From Octopus sinensis (taxonomy: Eukaryota): a DNA stretch of 64,000 nt. Within the stretch, counting starts at the first letter, position 1. Each line of letters starts with the position of its first letter. A program made the position numbers and the translations under genes. The stretch spans positions 46,624,001 through 46,688,000 of the forward strand of contig NC_043000.1 in the NCBI RefSeq assembly GCF_006345805.1, written 5' to 3'. The notes under the pieces were generated by a model, which made no database searches, was not told the DNA's origin, and saw nothing but the letters and a program-made list of their open reading frames with translations. Positions 1 through 11,783 of the stretch are shown one piece after another.

Positions 1-299
1 TGACCAAAATTGAGCGTATGATAGAAGAAGGCTTGCTCTTCATTCTGAAGGAGATAAAATTCAAATCGGACCATGTTAACACCAAAACTTATTTACATCA
101 AAAAGGTGCTTTTTTCCAATGAAAATCCTTATTTTTTACGATTTTTGACTGCTGTGTCACCGTTTTTCGGTGTATTTCAACTGGAAAAATGTTCACTTGA
201 AGAGAATAACAAGTTGCATAATGCAAAATTTTTACTTTTCAAAATTTCCAATTCTAAAGGGTCAAAACAAACCCAAGCAACACCGGGTGATACTGCTAG
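1..299 (+). mobile_element. Non-autonomous Helitron, 5' part outside the window
   Basis: Subterminal hairpin relic CCCAAGCAACACCGGG then CTAG|T at 296-300. The body is homologous to 46714-47096. Confidence 0.75.
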
Positions 300-424
300 T
301 ATATATATATATATAAACATACCCATCTGTCCTCAGCTGTCTGGACTGCTGCTCTCAATCACAGTGTCAAATTAATAGTGGAACTCGAAGTAGTTCAGTG
401 GTACAGCTCAATAGAACAGCTAAA

Positions 425-908
425 CTACTGGAGAAATGGAAAGAGTTATGACTCTACTCCCTAGAGTGAAGATGAGAGGGATATGCAGTGATATCCTGGA
501 GGGGTAGGCACCAAACTTTGGCATCAATAGCTATACCAGCTCCCAAATTATACGTCATTGCACAGTTCCAATGGTCCCAGCCATCCCATTTAGTGTGAGT
601 AACTTGTACTGCAATAGCTTAAGACTCAAGGACATGTGGCTGTTTAATAACCTGCTAAAACATCTGAGAGATCTGTAAGGAGTTAGGGTGGATGCTTTCA
701 AGAAACAGCTTGATCTCTTGCTGTTCAAGGCCCAAGATGAGCCTACATCATGGCAAGAAACTCAAAAAGAGGGCTACAATATTGAACTTCTTCCTTCGCC
801 AAAAGTTATTCACATAATAATAGGCATTGCAAAGGTAATAATACTTGTGGTGCCCCAGCATGGCCATAACCTAATGCCGAAATGTATAAGGAATAAAAGA
901 ATAAAAGA
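425..908 (+). mobile_element. Decayed 3' end of a CR1-type LINE (ORF2 C-terminus and tail)
   Basis: Interrupted translation ...APNFGINSY...YCNSL...LFNNLLKHLRDL*GVRVDAFKKQLDLLL...DEPTS resembles the CR1 ORF2 C-terminus. Tail GGTGCCCCAGCATGGCC...AATAAAAGAATAAAAGA. Confidence 0.7.
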
Positions 909-1090
909 CTATGAGAAGTAAGGATAAACACAAGTTTATATTATAGTTCATATGTGTATTTAATCATTGTGGTTGAATAGAGCCCTGCAGTAAGTGCTCC
1001 AAGTGCATTTTGATGCTCAACGAAGATGGATCATCAAGAAATGAACACACATATATATATTTATGTATATATGTTTGTGTATAGTGTGTG

Positions 1091-1136
<46 letters not shown>

Positions 1137-1138
<2 letters not shown>

Positions 1139-1368
1139 GGAGTAAACACATAAATGTAAAACAAGGTGGGAAAAAAAGAGTACTCAAATACCAGTGGTAG
1201 AGTAATATGCTTTATTTAAAGCAGCAGAAAATTCAACAAAATCTGTTACTCTGAGTTTCTCGTTGCCGTTCATCAGACAGTTTTTGCTAGAAAAAACTGT
1301 CTGATGAACAGCAATGAGAAACTCAGAGTAACAGATTTTGTTGAATTTTCCGCTGCTTTAAATAAAGT
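1137..1368. mobile_element. PLE-type terminal fragment forming a ~76-bp-arm palindrome, inserted in (TA)n
   Basis: 1210-1285 is the near-perfect reverse complement of 1292-1367. Each arm carries a hammerhead motif. Confidence 0.7.
1297..1334 (+). ncRNA. Minimal type-I hammerhead ribozyme motif (mirror copy on - strand at 1243-1280)
   Basis: CUGU-CUGAUGA-ACAGCAAUGA-GAAA-CUCAGAGU-A-ACAG. Stem I CUGU/ACAG, stem III ACUC/GAGU, GUA triplet. Stem II is weak (2 bp plus GCAA loop). Confidence 0.65.
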
Positions 1369-2831
1369 ACATATATATATATATACACGTACACATGCAC
1401 ACATACATATGCACACACATCTTCACTGATGCACTAATCGATTATATTTGGGTGTTGCAAGTCAGATTGCTTTGTTTGATTTTAGAAAACTAATCCATTT
1501 CCAGGTTTCTGTGTAAATCTATTACTATTATCTGTAAATGTGTCTATAAGTGCATCTAAAATAATAGATGTAAATGAACCCTGTAACCAGGATAGTTGTT
1601 AATTCTACTTTACTTCACCATAAATTGTTATCTCTTTCCTCAATTTTAATATATCATACATATAAATATTCACATTTGGCATGCAGCAAGCTTTTGCAGT
1701 AGTTCACATTTGTTCCTTGTACCACAGAGCGATACCAGTTCTGATTCATTTGAATCAGATTGCTGATGTAATTGGAATGTTTCAGTGGGATTCTTAATCA
1801 TTAAAGGCATTGATACATTATGATTCCGGTGTACTTTTTGCTTGACTATCCTGACAATCCTTACTATAGAAAGTATTTTGAATAGTTTTTGGAATAGTTT
1901 TATATCTCATGGGAAGTTAGTACCCTGTAGAAGTTTTGTGGATTGATAATCTGATATCTCCCATAGTAGTATAACACAATCTACATTTTCTATCACAGCA
2001 TGGTAGTTTAGAGATATTTTTATCACTTTTATTGGTCTGATCTGATAGGTGTGGCTTTATGGTAAGAAGTTTGCTTCCAAACCACATGACCCTGGGTTCA
2101 CTTCCACTGTGTGATACATTGGCCAAGTGTCTTCTTCTATAGCTTTGGGCCAATGAAAAAAAACAACAGTCGTGTGCTAGTTCCTTATCAGGTCTATCAA
2201 GTTGTTCACTTCCAGGACAAGTAGCAACACAAAAATACTTGTCACCCAGGAATATTCTGTTTGTGACTATGGTATTTGTCTCAGCTCTTTGAGCTTTGAT
2301 AATGGTAGATGGAAACTTGAGGTACAGTGCATCTAACATCTATGAGCATGGGGACAGAGTCAGATATTATCGTTTAGTCATATTTTCACATGACTTCTAT
2401 TTTGCATCAGGTTAATAAGGGCTTTCTTAATGAGCATGAATCTCTTTTAACAGAGATTTTTGCATCAAGTCTCTTCCACATAATTTTCCAATTGACAGTT
2501 TTACATAAACTATAACAAGAGTTTAGCTATTTATATTACATGTTCCAGAAGAGATATTTCTATAGTATTCATTATGATGTTTCTTTAATCATGTTGCATT
2601 GCAGCTAAACTGTTTATATATATATTCAAAATTATGGTTTCAAATTATTTCAGGGAAGTGTATTTAAACCTTCATGAAATGGCCTTTCATGCAGCAATGT
2701 CAATTTTGTGTGTTTCATGCAAACTTATAATCTATAGTCTTATATCTTGTTGTTTTCTGTGATAACAAGATTTTTTACTTACCACTCATAGTTCGTTTAA
2801 GGAACTTTTTTTAGTAACCTTCTGGATGTTC

Positions 2832-3260
2832 ATTATTTACAATGGACAGATAGGTGTCCTCACCTTGTTTGTTGTTACCACAATGCCTGGGATTGAACTC
2901 AGAATCTGAAGGTTAGTAGCCCACACTCTTATCCACTATGATTATGTATCCATGGGCATATAGTGTAGTGGATAAGAGCACTGGCTGCTAACCCTTGGAT
3001 TCTGAGTTCAATCCCTGGCAGGGGACATGGGAAATAATATCAACAGAAAAAATAACACCAGCAAAAAAGAATACCTTATGAATGAAAACAAAGTACTCCA
3101 TTAGTCAAATAAAGGGTTGGGTTCGAAATTCCACCAGAACACCTGATAAAGGCTGGAGAGTACATCAGCCGAAACTTTGTGGTAACAACAAACAAGGTGA
3201 GGACACTTATCCGTCCATTGTAAATAATGTATATAATTTCTTATCTCAAGAATATAGATT
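2832..3260. mobile_element. Palindromic element: head-to-head tRNA-like heads plus a degenerate hammerhead and tail
   Basis: Inner inverted repeat 2889-3015 centred on CCATGG, with A-box TAGTGTAGTGG and B-box GTTCAATCC. Outer inverted repeat 2832-2885 / 3177-3229. CUGAUAA-A-GGCUG..CAGCC-GAAAC at 3143-3175. Confidence 0.65.
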
Positions 3261-4458
3261 AGTATTTCTGGAAGTTTCCTGCTAAGACATCTCATAAACT
3301 GGTTCTATTGGAATTTATAATTTCCTTTGCAACTAATGGTAATATTCAAGTATCTGATAATTTTTCATGGTCTTTCAAAGTACTTCTAAAAGAAGGTGAT
3401 CCATTTTAGTTATGGCTTCATTTCACAGTAACTGATCTCTGTTACTCCCACCTGCTTACACCCAAAGACGGTTTACAATGTAATCCGGTAGCATATTTAA
3501 TGTCAAAAACTAGGATCTTCAGTTTGCCGTAGCTGTTACTCAGCAGCTTGATGCAAATATATATGTATGTACACCTGGATTTAAAAGATAATTTTCTTTC
3601 TTTATTTAAAATTTGTTTTTACTTATTTGATTTCCTATAAAGAAGAAACTACTTTTTAACAATGAAGCAAATTTCTATCCCTTGAAGTTAGATGACAAAA
3701 TTGGTGAACTGTTACACAGTGAACACATACTTGCCTATTTCATCTGTTCTACTTAAACATTGCATTTGCAAATCCAAGTTAACAAGTCACTTTCTGCACT
3801 TAAAACAATAGGTTTTTGAGACTGACACTGATCTAATTATTTGGTAGTAATCTACATTCTAACAGATTATGCATCTGTAGACTTTGTCTTTCTGAAAAGT
3901 TTCAAATACTGAAACAAAATTTGGTATTTTTCTTTAGAAAATCCTAATTTTATCTGTTGCTCCAGGCAACCATTTCTCCCAGGGTAATTTCAGTTAGCTG
4001 TACATCTCAAGCCAAAGAAATCTGAGAAATATTTTAGTAAGAGCTATGCAGAGTACTCTCCCTTGTCAATGAATATACTCATTGGCCACATAGTTTTCTT
4101 TATAATATAGTGGTCCGGACATAGAACTATCTGTATTTTCAACCATATGACCTGTCCTGAAGAGCAAGAACTGGCTTTTCAAACCATGAACAATGAGTGG
4201 TTTTACCAGCAACATACAGTTGCAACTTCATTCATGAACCAAAATCTGAAAGATAACAAATGTATTATACATGGTGTTTGAAACATAATGTAATGTGACA
4301 GTGAGTCATTAACGGCTTAATTAGAAATTTCAGCTCTACAGAATGTACTGAGTAACATTTTTTCATTTGTAATTATAATCATGTCTCTTTCTCTCTACAC
4401 ACATACATGTATATATGTATGCATATATGTATGTTTTTATGTATGTATGTATGTATGT

Positions 4459-5810
4459 CATTGTTCCGTTTATTTCAAGATTTCTTGCCAACAGAAAAAG
4501 AATCGGCTTCTAATCTAGATCCAAGGCTTCTTCATTGGAATTTCAACATCAACACGAGGGTATTTTTATTTGTATGTATGTATACATGCTGATTTGTATG
4601 TTTTCTTTTATGAATGTATTCTCATGCATATAGTTGCATATCTAGACATGCTTATATATATTTAAATGATAAACTTCTGGACAGTTGTACAGATTTTTAG
4701 TTCCAGTGATGGATTGTATCTGTAGTCTTCGAATTAGCTTTCTAATATTTAGCAGTGGCTCCAATAATTACTGGTATAAACCTGAACTTGTAATCAGGAT
4801 AGAGTAACTCCAGATTTCTCAGTAGTTCAGTGTAGGTATTCTCTTTTTCATTGATCTTTAGCTTTATGTTAACATCTACTGGGCAGCTAATTTCCACAAC
4901 TATACACAGCTTCTCTTCTCTATCGCAAATCCTTATATCAAGTCTATTGTGCTTACATTTTATTGAGGTTTTCACTGGGACATTCCATCAGTACTCTTTT
5001 TTATTATGAGTGGTTATAGCTTCTCCCATACTCTTGGTTTTTATTTCTTTGTCCTTAGGTTTATCCTTCTGATGGATTTCATTATAAAGTGTCCTAGCTA
5101 CAACATAATGTCTCATTGGTAGCTAATACCGTGATGACATTTTCAGACACTGCTAATGATGTGGGAGATATTTTTGGTGTTAACTCCGTAATGTCTACAT
5201 CGGTTGTCACAATTTACTGCTTTTCCTGCATCTCTATCCTTTTTGTGCATCAGGTATTTGGTTGATATTTCTTGTTCCTGGATTGCAAACGCATGCCCTT
5301 CAAAGTGGGAGGTAGTAATTTGGTTATTGGTCCATGATAGACTGATTTGATGATAAATATTACTATCATCTTGGAGCTTTCTATTAACATATCCATGCAT
5401 AATCTTCTGCTCATATAGACTCATCCTTTCATCTGATGATACATTGCGGTAAAGTTGTGTAACTTCTTTGGGCATGTATTCTAGATTATTGGATAAGAAA
5501 TGTTGTTCAAGGAGCTGCTTTCATCACTGTTTATGAGGAAATTATGTGGAAATAATCTATGTGGAAATTACGTGGAAACAGTCTACATCACTGTTTATGT
5601 GGAAATTATGTGTGCTTGTTAGTACTTTTTAGCTTTTCGCATCAATGGCTTGGATCTCATCTAGCATCCCAAATGTTGGTATGAATACTGGCACTGCAAA
5701 CACATTGTGGGCCACTGTTTTATTGAATGCAGTGAGCTCTGAAGTCCAAATTTTCTTTATCTGGGTGTAATATTCTTTAATGACATGTGTTTTATTACAG
5801 GTACCATTGT
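4459..5810 (-). mobile_element. 5'-truncated RLE-type non-LTR retrotransposon (R4/Dong-like), decayed ORF ending ~4662
   Basis: Frameshifted ORFs show ...FAIQEQEISTKY...CDNRCR..HIISS (CCHC knuckle relic) and KCKHNRLDIRICDREEKLCIVVEISCPVDVN..EKENTY..L (PD-(D/E)xK restriction-like nuclease) ...FIPVIIGA. Flanked by (GTAT)n. Confidence 0.85.
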
Positions 5811-6034
5811 AAATATGTATGTATGTATGTAGCTATTTACGCATGTATATATGTGTATGTATGTATGTATCTATCTATCTATCTATCTATCTATATATAT
5901 ATATGTATGTATATATATATATATACATATATATGTATGCATATACATATATATATACATACACACACACACACACACATACACATATATATATATATAC
6001 ACACATACATGTTTATACATATGTATATACTTAT

Positions 6035-6435
6035 CATCATCATTGTCATCATCATTTAACATCCGTTTTCCATGCTGGCACAGGTTAGATGGTTTGACAG
6101 GAACTGACCAGCTGAAGGGCCGTTCAGGCCCCTTGTCTATTTTAGCTTGGTTTCTACAGCTGTATACCCATCTTAACACCAATCACTTTACAGACTGTAC
6201 TAGGCGTTTTTATGCAGCACCAGCACAAGTGCTTTTTACATGTTACCAGCACTTACAAGCCCATGATATTAGGGATGATCAGCTGGAAAGGGTTACAGGA
6301 GATGAGCCTGTATGCAAGGACAACTACACTTTTACTTAGCTTGACGTCTTTTTTAAAGCACAGCATACCCTCTGTGAGTTCCAATATCTGTAGATCCTTT
6401 TTCACCACTCCCTCCCACATCTTCCTGGGTCTGGG
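6035..6435 (-). mobile_element. (GAT)n-tailed SINE or RTE-tail repeat next to an RTE ORF C-terminal fragment
   Basis: Tail complement CATCATCATTTAACATCCGTTTTCCATGCTGGCA. The minus-strand peptide RPRKMWEGVVKKDLQILELTEGM is typical of the RTE C-terminus. Confidence 0.6.
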
Positions 6436-6989
6436 TTTCAGCTTTAAGCACATCCTTAATATTGAACCAAATATTTTATTTGATTATTTAAGAAAATATG
6501 AGAAGCGAATATGAAAATATGAGAATATATATGATGCATTGCCCAAAATAAGAAATTAACTGTTAATAATATTTTCATTATAAAATAATATCAAGCTTTT
6601 AAATATGAATTTGAGGCAGAAAACAATAATGGGAAAATGAATGGGTATTGAATCACATATCTACTGTTTCCTGGGTGACTGCCTTTCTGATTACATGAAA
6701 GAGCACCTATCATTACTATATAAATGGCTTCAGACAAAATAATTAATCAGTTTCTTTGCAGAAGTTATTTTCCAAACGTCTGATATATAGTTTACTAAAT
6801 GCAGAAGATTAGTAAAGTTTGGAAAGAAATGAATTGTGCATAGTTTGGTAGATGTATAAATATGAGTGTGTATGAATAACAAGACACAGATGAGTTGACA
6901 TGTAAATTGGGTAGGAGAAGAATCAGTTGTAGTGTGCAAGAGCAACAGCATCTGTAAGAAGTGACAAAGTATTTATGTGGGTGAAACCA

Positions 6990-7205
6990 ATGAAGATGGG
7001 AGATCAAGAAGATATAGCGTGAAGTGGTGGAGGATGATCTCTGAAAAAAAAACGTACTTTAAAATGAAGATGCCAAAGGAATGCAACAAATAGTAGGATG
7101 CTGTGTTCGAGAGGACTAGTCCAATCTATAGAAGCCTGCTAAAACTGGCGAAATGAGGATGGTGACAAAGATGGTGACGATGACAACAATAACAGCAATG
7201 ATGAC
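6990..7205 (+). mobile_element. Decayed RTE LINE 3' end
   Basis: Relic of GRxRR.W.EVVEDDL...DAVFERT followed by a degenerate (GAT/GAC)n tail. Confidence 0.45.
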
Positions 7206-7285
7206 AATGGGAAGGATTATGACAACATCTTGGTTTCTGAAATCACTGTTGATAACTGAATTTACTAAGGAATTTAAAAGTTTCC

Positions 7286-7517
7286 TATCTCTTTATTGCC
7301 CACAAGGAGCTAAACATAGAGGGGACAAACAAGGACAGACAAAGGGATTAAGTCGATTAGATCGACCCCAGTGATTGGCTGGTACTTAATTTATCGACCC
7401 CAAAAGGATGAAAGGCAAAGTCAACCTCGGCAGAATTTGAACTCATAACGTAAAGACAGTCGAAATACCGCTAAGCATTTTGCCCAGCATGCTAACGTTT
7501 CTGCCAGCTCGCCACCT
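7286..7517 (-). mobile_element. SINE family B (tRNA head, central TTGCCTTTCATCCTTTCGGGGTCGATAAATTAAGTACC, Meta/MESC-domain-like)
   Basis: Same sequence recurs at ~20519-20965(-), 20632-20827(+), 21845-22050(+), 27037-27267(+), 27520-27695(-), 30177-30820(+, x3), 32400-32911(-), 40540-40690(+), 46555-46700(-), 56093-56316(-), 59410-59610(-), 59635-60064(+, x2), 60720-61140(+), 63810-64000(-). Confidence 0.85.
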
Positions 7518-7626
7518 TTCATCAACATATCAAAGTTTCCTTCTATATGTTGTTTGCTCATTGGACTGATAAAAGAAGTGGTAAAATAAAAACTGGTTAT
7601 AAAATTTATTATACCACTAGTGATGT

Positions 7627-7885
7627 GGGAGGCGCGTGGCTTAGTGGTTAGGGTGTCAGCATCATGATCATAAGATTGTGGTTTCGATTCCTGGACCGGG
7701 TGACGCGTTGTGTTCTTGAGCAAAACACTTCATTTCACGTTGCTCCAGTCCACTCAGCTGGCAAAAATGAGTAACACTGCGATGGACTGGTGTCCCGTCC
7801 AGCTGGGGAAAACATACGCTATTGAAACTGGGAAACTGGGCCCCATGAGCCTGGCTAGGCTTTAAAAGGGAGCATTTATTATTTT
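7627..7885 (+). mobile_element. SINE family C (tRNA head, CORE/V-domain-like body)
   Basis: A-box TGGCTTAGTGG, B-box GTTTCGATTCC, then TTGAGCAAAACACTT and GCGATGGACTGGTGTCCCGTCCAG. Related copies at ~16280-16560, 19950-20225(-), 30904-31145, 63479-63760. Confidence 0.8.
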
Positions 7886-8911
7886 ATTTTAATAGTGGTG
7901 TGGATGCTGCCTTTAAATTTCTACAGTTCTTTAATACTAGGATACATGGAATGGCCAGCTCATTATTTGATGTGCTTTGATACATTTGAAATCCAAGCTT
8001 TCTTGTTGTAATTTTGTAGTTGGATAGTGTCTTACCTTAGTTCAATGTTCTTAATGAGAAATAGCATTGTCAGTCCACTAGATGTTTTACAGTGGTTCCG
8101 AACTGTTGCATGCAATGTCTGCTACCAGTCTCTATTGTTTCATAGTTTCTTGTTTCTTCCCTTTGTTTGTGAGGAACCAAGACAGTTCAAGACAAAGATC
8201 ATTGACTGATGTCAAAAGAATTCTTTAAGAAATTCACAGTCAATGAAAAACAAACATTATTATGAATTGTCAAATACAATCTAAATATTTTCATTGATGG
8301 GAAATTAAAACAAAAAAAAAAAGCAAAAAATATACAAAGTCATTGAAATATATTCTGAAAGATTCATTCTTCTTTAGTTTTACAGGTGACAAATGCATCA
8401 CCACAGATAGGCTCCTGCCTTATGCTGAGACAGCAGTTTATTTACAGATGTCAGTATATCCATATTAGTAAATTTACAATTTTCAGAAGTCAATGCTTGA
8501 AAGAGAAATATTTGAGGAAAAAAAAACAAGAAAAGAGGAGAAAAAAATGGAAAATAAAGAAAAATACAAAGATATATGACTGTCTTCATTACAGATATTG
8601 TTGCTAGAGGTACAGGATATTGGATTGGCATCTAAAATATTGCATCTTGTGACAAGTATATATTTTAAAAATTTTATTGCATTAGTGGATTTTAGAAATC
8701 AATAAAGTGTTTGTGCATGTGTATGTATGCATACATACATATGCCTTAGGATGATGATGTTGATGATGATGATGATGATAATGATGATGATGACAATTAT
8801 GATGATGATGATGATGTAGAATGTATGTATGCATGTATGTATGTACGTATTTATGTGTATGTCTGTGTGTGTATATATATATATGTGTGTATGTATTTAC
8901 ATATATATATA

Positions 8912-8978
<67 letters not shown>

Positions 8979-9399
8979 TATATATATGAACACATATGGA
9001 AATACACACATATATATGTATAGGAGGTGTAGTGTGTGTGTGTGTGTATGTGGTTTGTTAAAATCCAACAACAGTGGATAAGAAATATAAAAGTCTACAG
9101 CAAAAATGAAATTATGTCTTGTTATGTTTCTCATGCATTTAATGTCATTCTTTGTCTTCCTTATTTGCTTTATAAATATATTTCACACAAATAAAATGGA
9201 AACAAAAGCACTCAAATTAATTCTTTAGGACTTTAGGAAAGATGACATTATAATTTCTCTCAGATCTCACTGTCTGGCTAATATTATTCCTTCATTCTTA
9301 GAACATGCATTAAACATTGGGCAATGAATGCTCAGCCACATTCATTGAGGTACATAATTAAGAGTAAAACTAGAATACAGTCAGTATTTATTTTATGTG

Positions 9400-9678
9400 T
9401 TTGGGTATAGTGGTGTGTTGGTACTGCTTCTATGTAAAAAGCACTGGTGCTAGTACCATGCATAAAGCAATGGTGATGGTGCTGTTTAAAAAAGTACCCA
9501 GTCACTCTGTAAAGTGGTTTGGTGTTAGGATGAAAGGGCATCCAGGGGTAGAAACCAAGCCAAAACCTGACTATGGGAACTTGGTGCTGACCCTGACCTT
9601 GCCAGCCCCTGTCGAGCTGTTCAACCCATGCCAGCATGGAAAACGATGATGATGATGGTGACAATGATGATGATGATT

Positions 9679-9721
<43 letters not shown>

Positions 9722-9820
9722 CAATAATGATAATGATGATGGTGATGATGTTAATGATGATGATGATGATGACGATGATGATGATCACTATGTTAATAAT
9801 GATGATGATGATGATGATTA
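9400..9820 (+). mobile_element. SINE/RTE-tail family D ending in a long (GAT)n
   Basis: Tail CAACCCATGCCAGCATGGAAAACGATGATG. Other copies at ~10810-11080(-), 15600-15800, 17425-17606, 36060-36190(-), 43690-43945, 48645-48870(-), 49120-49430, 53446-53912, 54900-55080(-). Confidence 0.75.
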
Positions 9821-11159
9821 CAGTATATCACTGGTACGAATTTTGATCTGTAAACAGAAAGGGAAGTCACTAACACCTGGTATGACTCTTGTTTTAATAG
9901 TTATACAACTATTTCTTCCCATGTTACTATGCTCTGAAAGTTTTTGTTTCATAGCTATTGATGTAGGAGCAATTATTTTCTTTTTAAGTGTTTGCTACTT
10001 TCTTCATTACCAATTACTCAACTTTAAAGAAGTGGAGCTGCTTTTACGAATATGTACATATTACACACATGCACATGCACACACACACAAATATATATGT
10101 GTGTGTATTTGTGTGAATGTGAGTGTGTGAGTGTGTGTATATATATATATAATATAAATGATATATAAGTATATGCTTATATACATACATATATGTACAT
10201 ATCTACATATATATGTATATATACATGCATATATGGGTCCAGGACATAACATAGAAAAACATAGAAACAAACTTTTTTTTCGAATAACGAAAAAAACAAA
10301 CAGAGAAACGAGACATGCGACATAAAGAATATTCTCCTTCTTCAGTTGTCCCTGTTCCATCTATTCCGTGTTTCAAAGGCAAGGACAATACACGTCTTCA
10401 TTGAAACAGTCCTTCCCGCAAAGCAAATTAAATAAAATTTGGGATGTTTTGTGGAGGGTGAAAACAAAAACAGGACAGTGAGAACAAAACAGTAAAAACA
10501 AATGATGAGGGTTGTTAAGCCAAGACGATAGAAAAATTACTATGAATGCTAGGAAGAGAGCTTATGAGAGGAGAGTATGAGAGTATAAGCAAGTTTTGTC
10601 TTTAGGAGGGTAATGGGCAGAAAGATAGATTCTCTTTTGTCATGTATCAGCAACGAGAGAGTCGAGGAAAAGTGAGAGGGAGGGAACAGAGAAGAGGAGA
10701 GGAGAAGAATAGGGAAGGATGGGTGAGAAAACCAGAAAGGATGAAGAACAAGAGTGGGAGAGAGATAGACAGAGAAGAGATAGTAGACATAGAAGAGTGC
10801 GCATCGTAATTCATCATCATTCTCATCGTTTAACGTCCACTTTCCATGCTAGCATGGGTTGGACGATTTGACTGAGGTCTCATGAACCAGATGGCTGCAC
10901 CAGGCTCCAATCTGATCTGGCAGAGTTTCTACAGCTTGATGTCCTCCTATTGCCAACTAGTGTAGTGTGTGCTTTTACGTGCCACCGGCATGAGGACCAG
11001 TCAGGTGGTACTGGCAACAACCATGCACAAATGGTGCTCTTTAGGTGCTACCTGCACAGGAGTCAGTTCAGCGGCACTGATTGAGATAAAACTTACTTGG
11101 AAAAAGATGCATGGCATTCGATCATATAATAATATAAATAAAATATAAAAACACATATA

Positions 11160-11185
11160 CATATATATGCATAAAATATACATTC

Positions 11186-11280
<95 letters not shown>

Positions 11281-11294
11281 TATATATATATATG

Positions 11295-11348
<54 letters not shown>

Positions 11349-11360
11349 GTATATATATAT
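11160..11360. repeat. (TA)n microsatellite, representative of many TA/CA/TG tracts
   Basis: Direct reading. Similar tracts at 5815-6030, 8820-9020, 15145-15190, 15484-15545, 33575-33960, 34585-34995, 35435-35500, 45040-45140. Confidence 0.95.
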
Positions 11361-11567
11361 ACCTTCTGTTGGTTATCTTAATTTTCAGGTTAAGCAGACC
11401 TAGCAGATTTTAAAGAATTCAATATATGGAATGCAGTGGGATAGTGATTACTTTTTGTAATTTCTTGTTTCTTTTATGAGTTTTGCTGAAGTACTGAAGT
11501 TTCAAATCAAAGATTTTCTTCTTAAGAAAATATCTGATTGGCACTTCTGTAAAATGCATAAAAAAAG

Positions 11568-11603
11568 TAATAATAATAAATAATGATGATGATGTTGATG
11601 ATG

Positions 11604-11635
<32 letters not shown>

Positions 11636-11735
11636 TAATAATAATAATAATAATAAGAAGAAGAAGAAGAAGAAGAAGAATGATAATAATAGCAATAATA
11701 ATAATAATGATGATGATGATAAGAAGAAGAAGAAC

Positions 11736-11769
<34 letters not shown>

Positions 11770-11770
11770 T
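11568..11770. repeat. Compound (AAT)/(GAT)/(AAG) trinucleotide microsatellite
   Basis: Direct reading. Confidence 0.95.
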
Positions 11771-11783
11771 ATGCATATATATA

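Noticed and set aside
73-375. Paralogous ORFs at 73-375 and 46819-47106
   Set aside because: Chance frames within two copies of a non-coding Helitron.
1917-2339. 140-aa minus-strand ORF
   Set aside because: It runs through a SINE fragment and has no recognisable domain.
4155-4190. Other CTGANGA hits (4156, 5433, 18893, 32006, 35198, 58896; minus 13872, 46322, 49358)
   Set aside because: They lack a correctly placed GAAA or the three stems.
5787-6339. Long YI/CV/HT-rich ORFs (also 8821-9134, 33536-35105, 44799-46446)
   Set aside because: Translations of dinucleotide microsatellites, which lack stop codons.
7627-7700. tRNA genes at SINE heads
   Set aside because: They have A/B boxes but no full cloverleaf, and continue into repeat bodies.
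9628-10130. Poly-Asp/poly-Met ORFs (also poly-Asn/Ile at 11502-11950 and 61131-62786)
   Set aside because: (GAT)n and (AAT)n retroposon tails or microsatellites.
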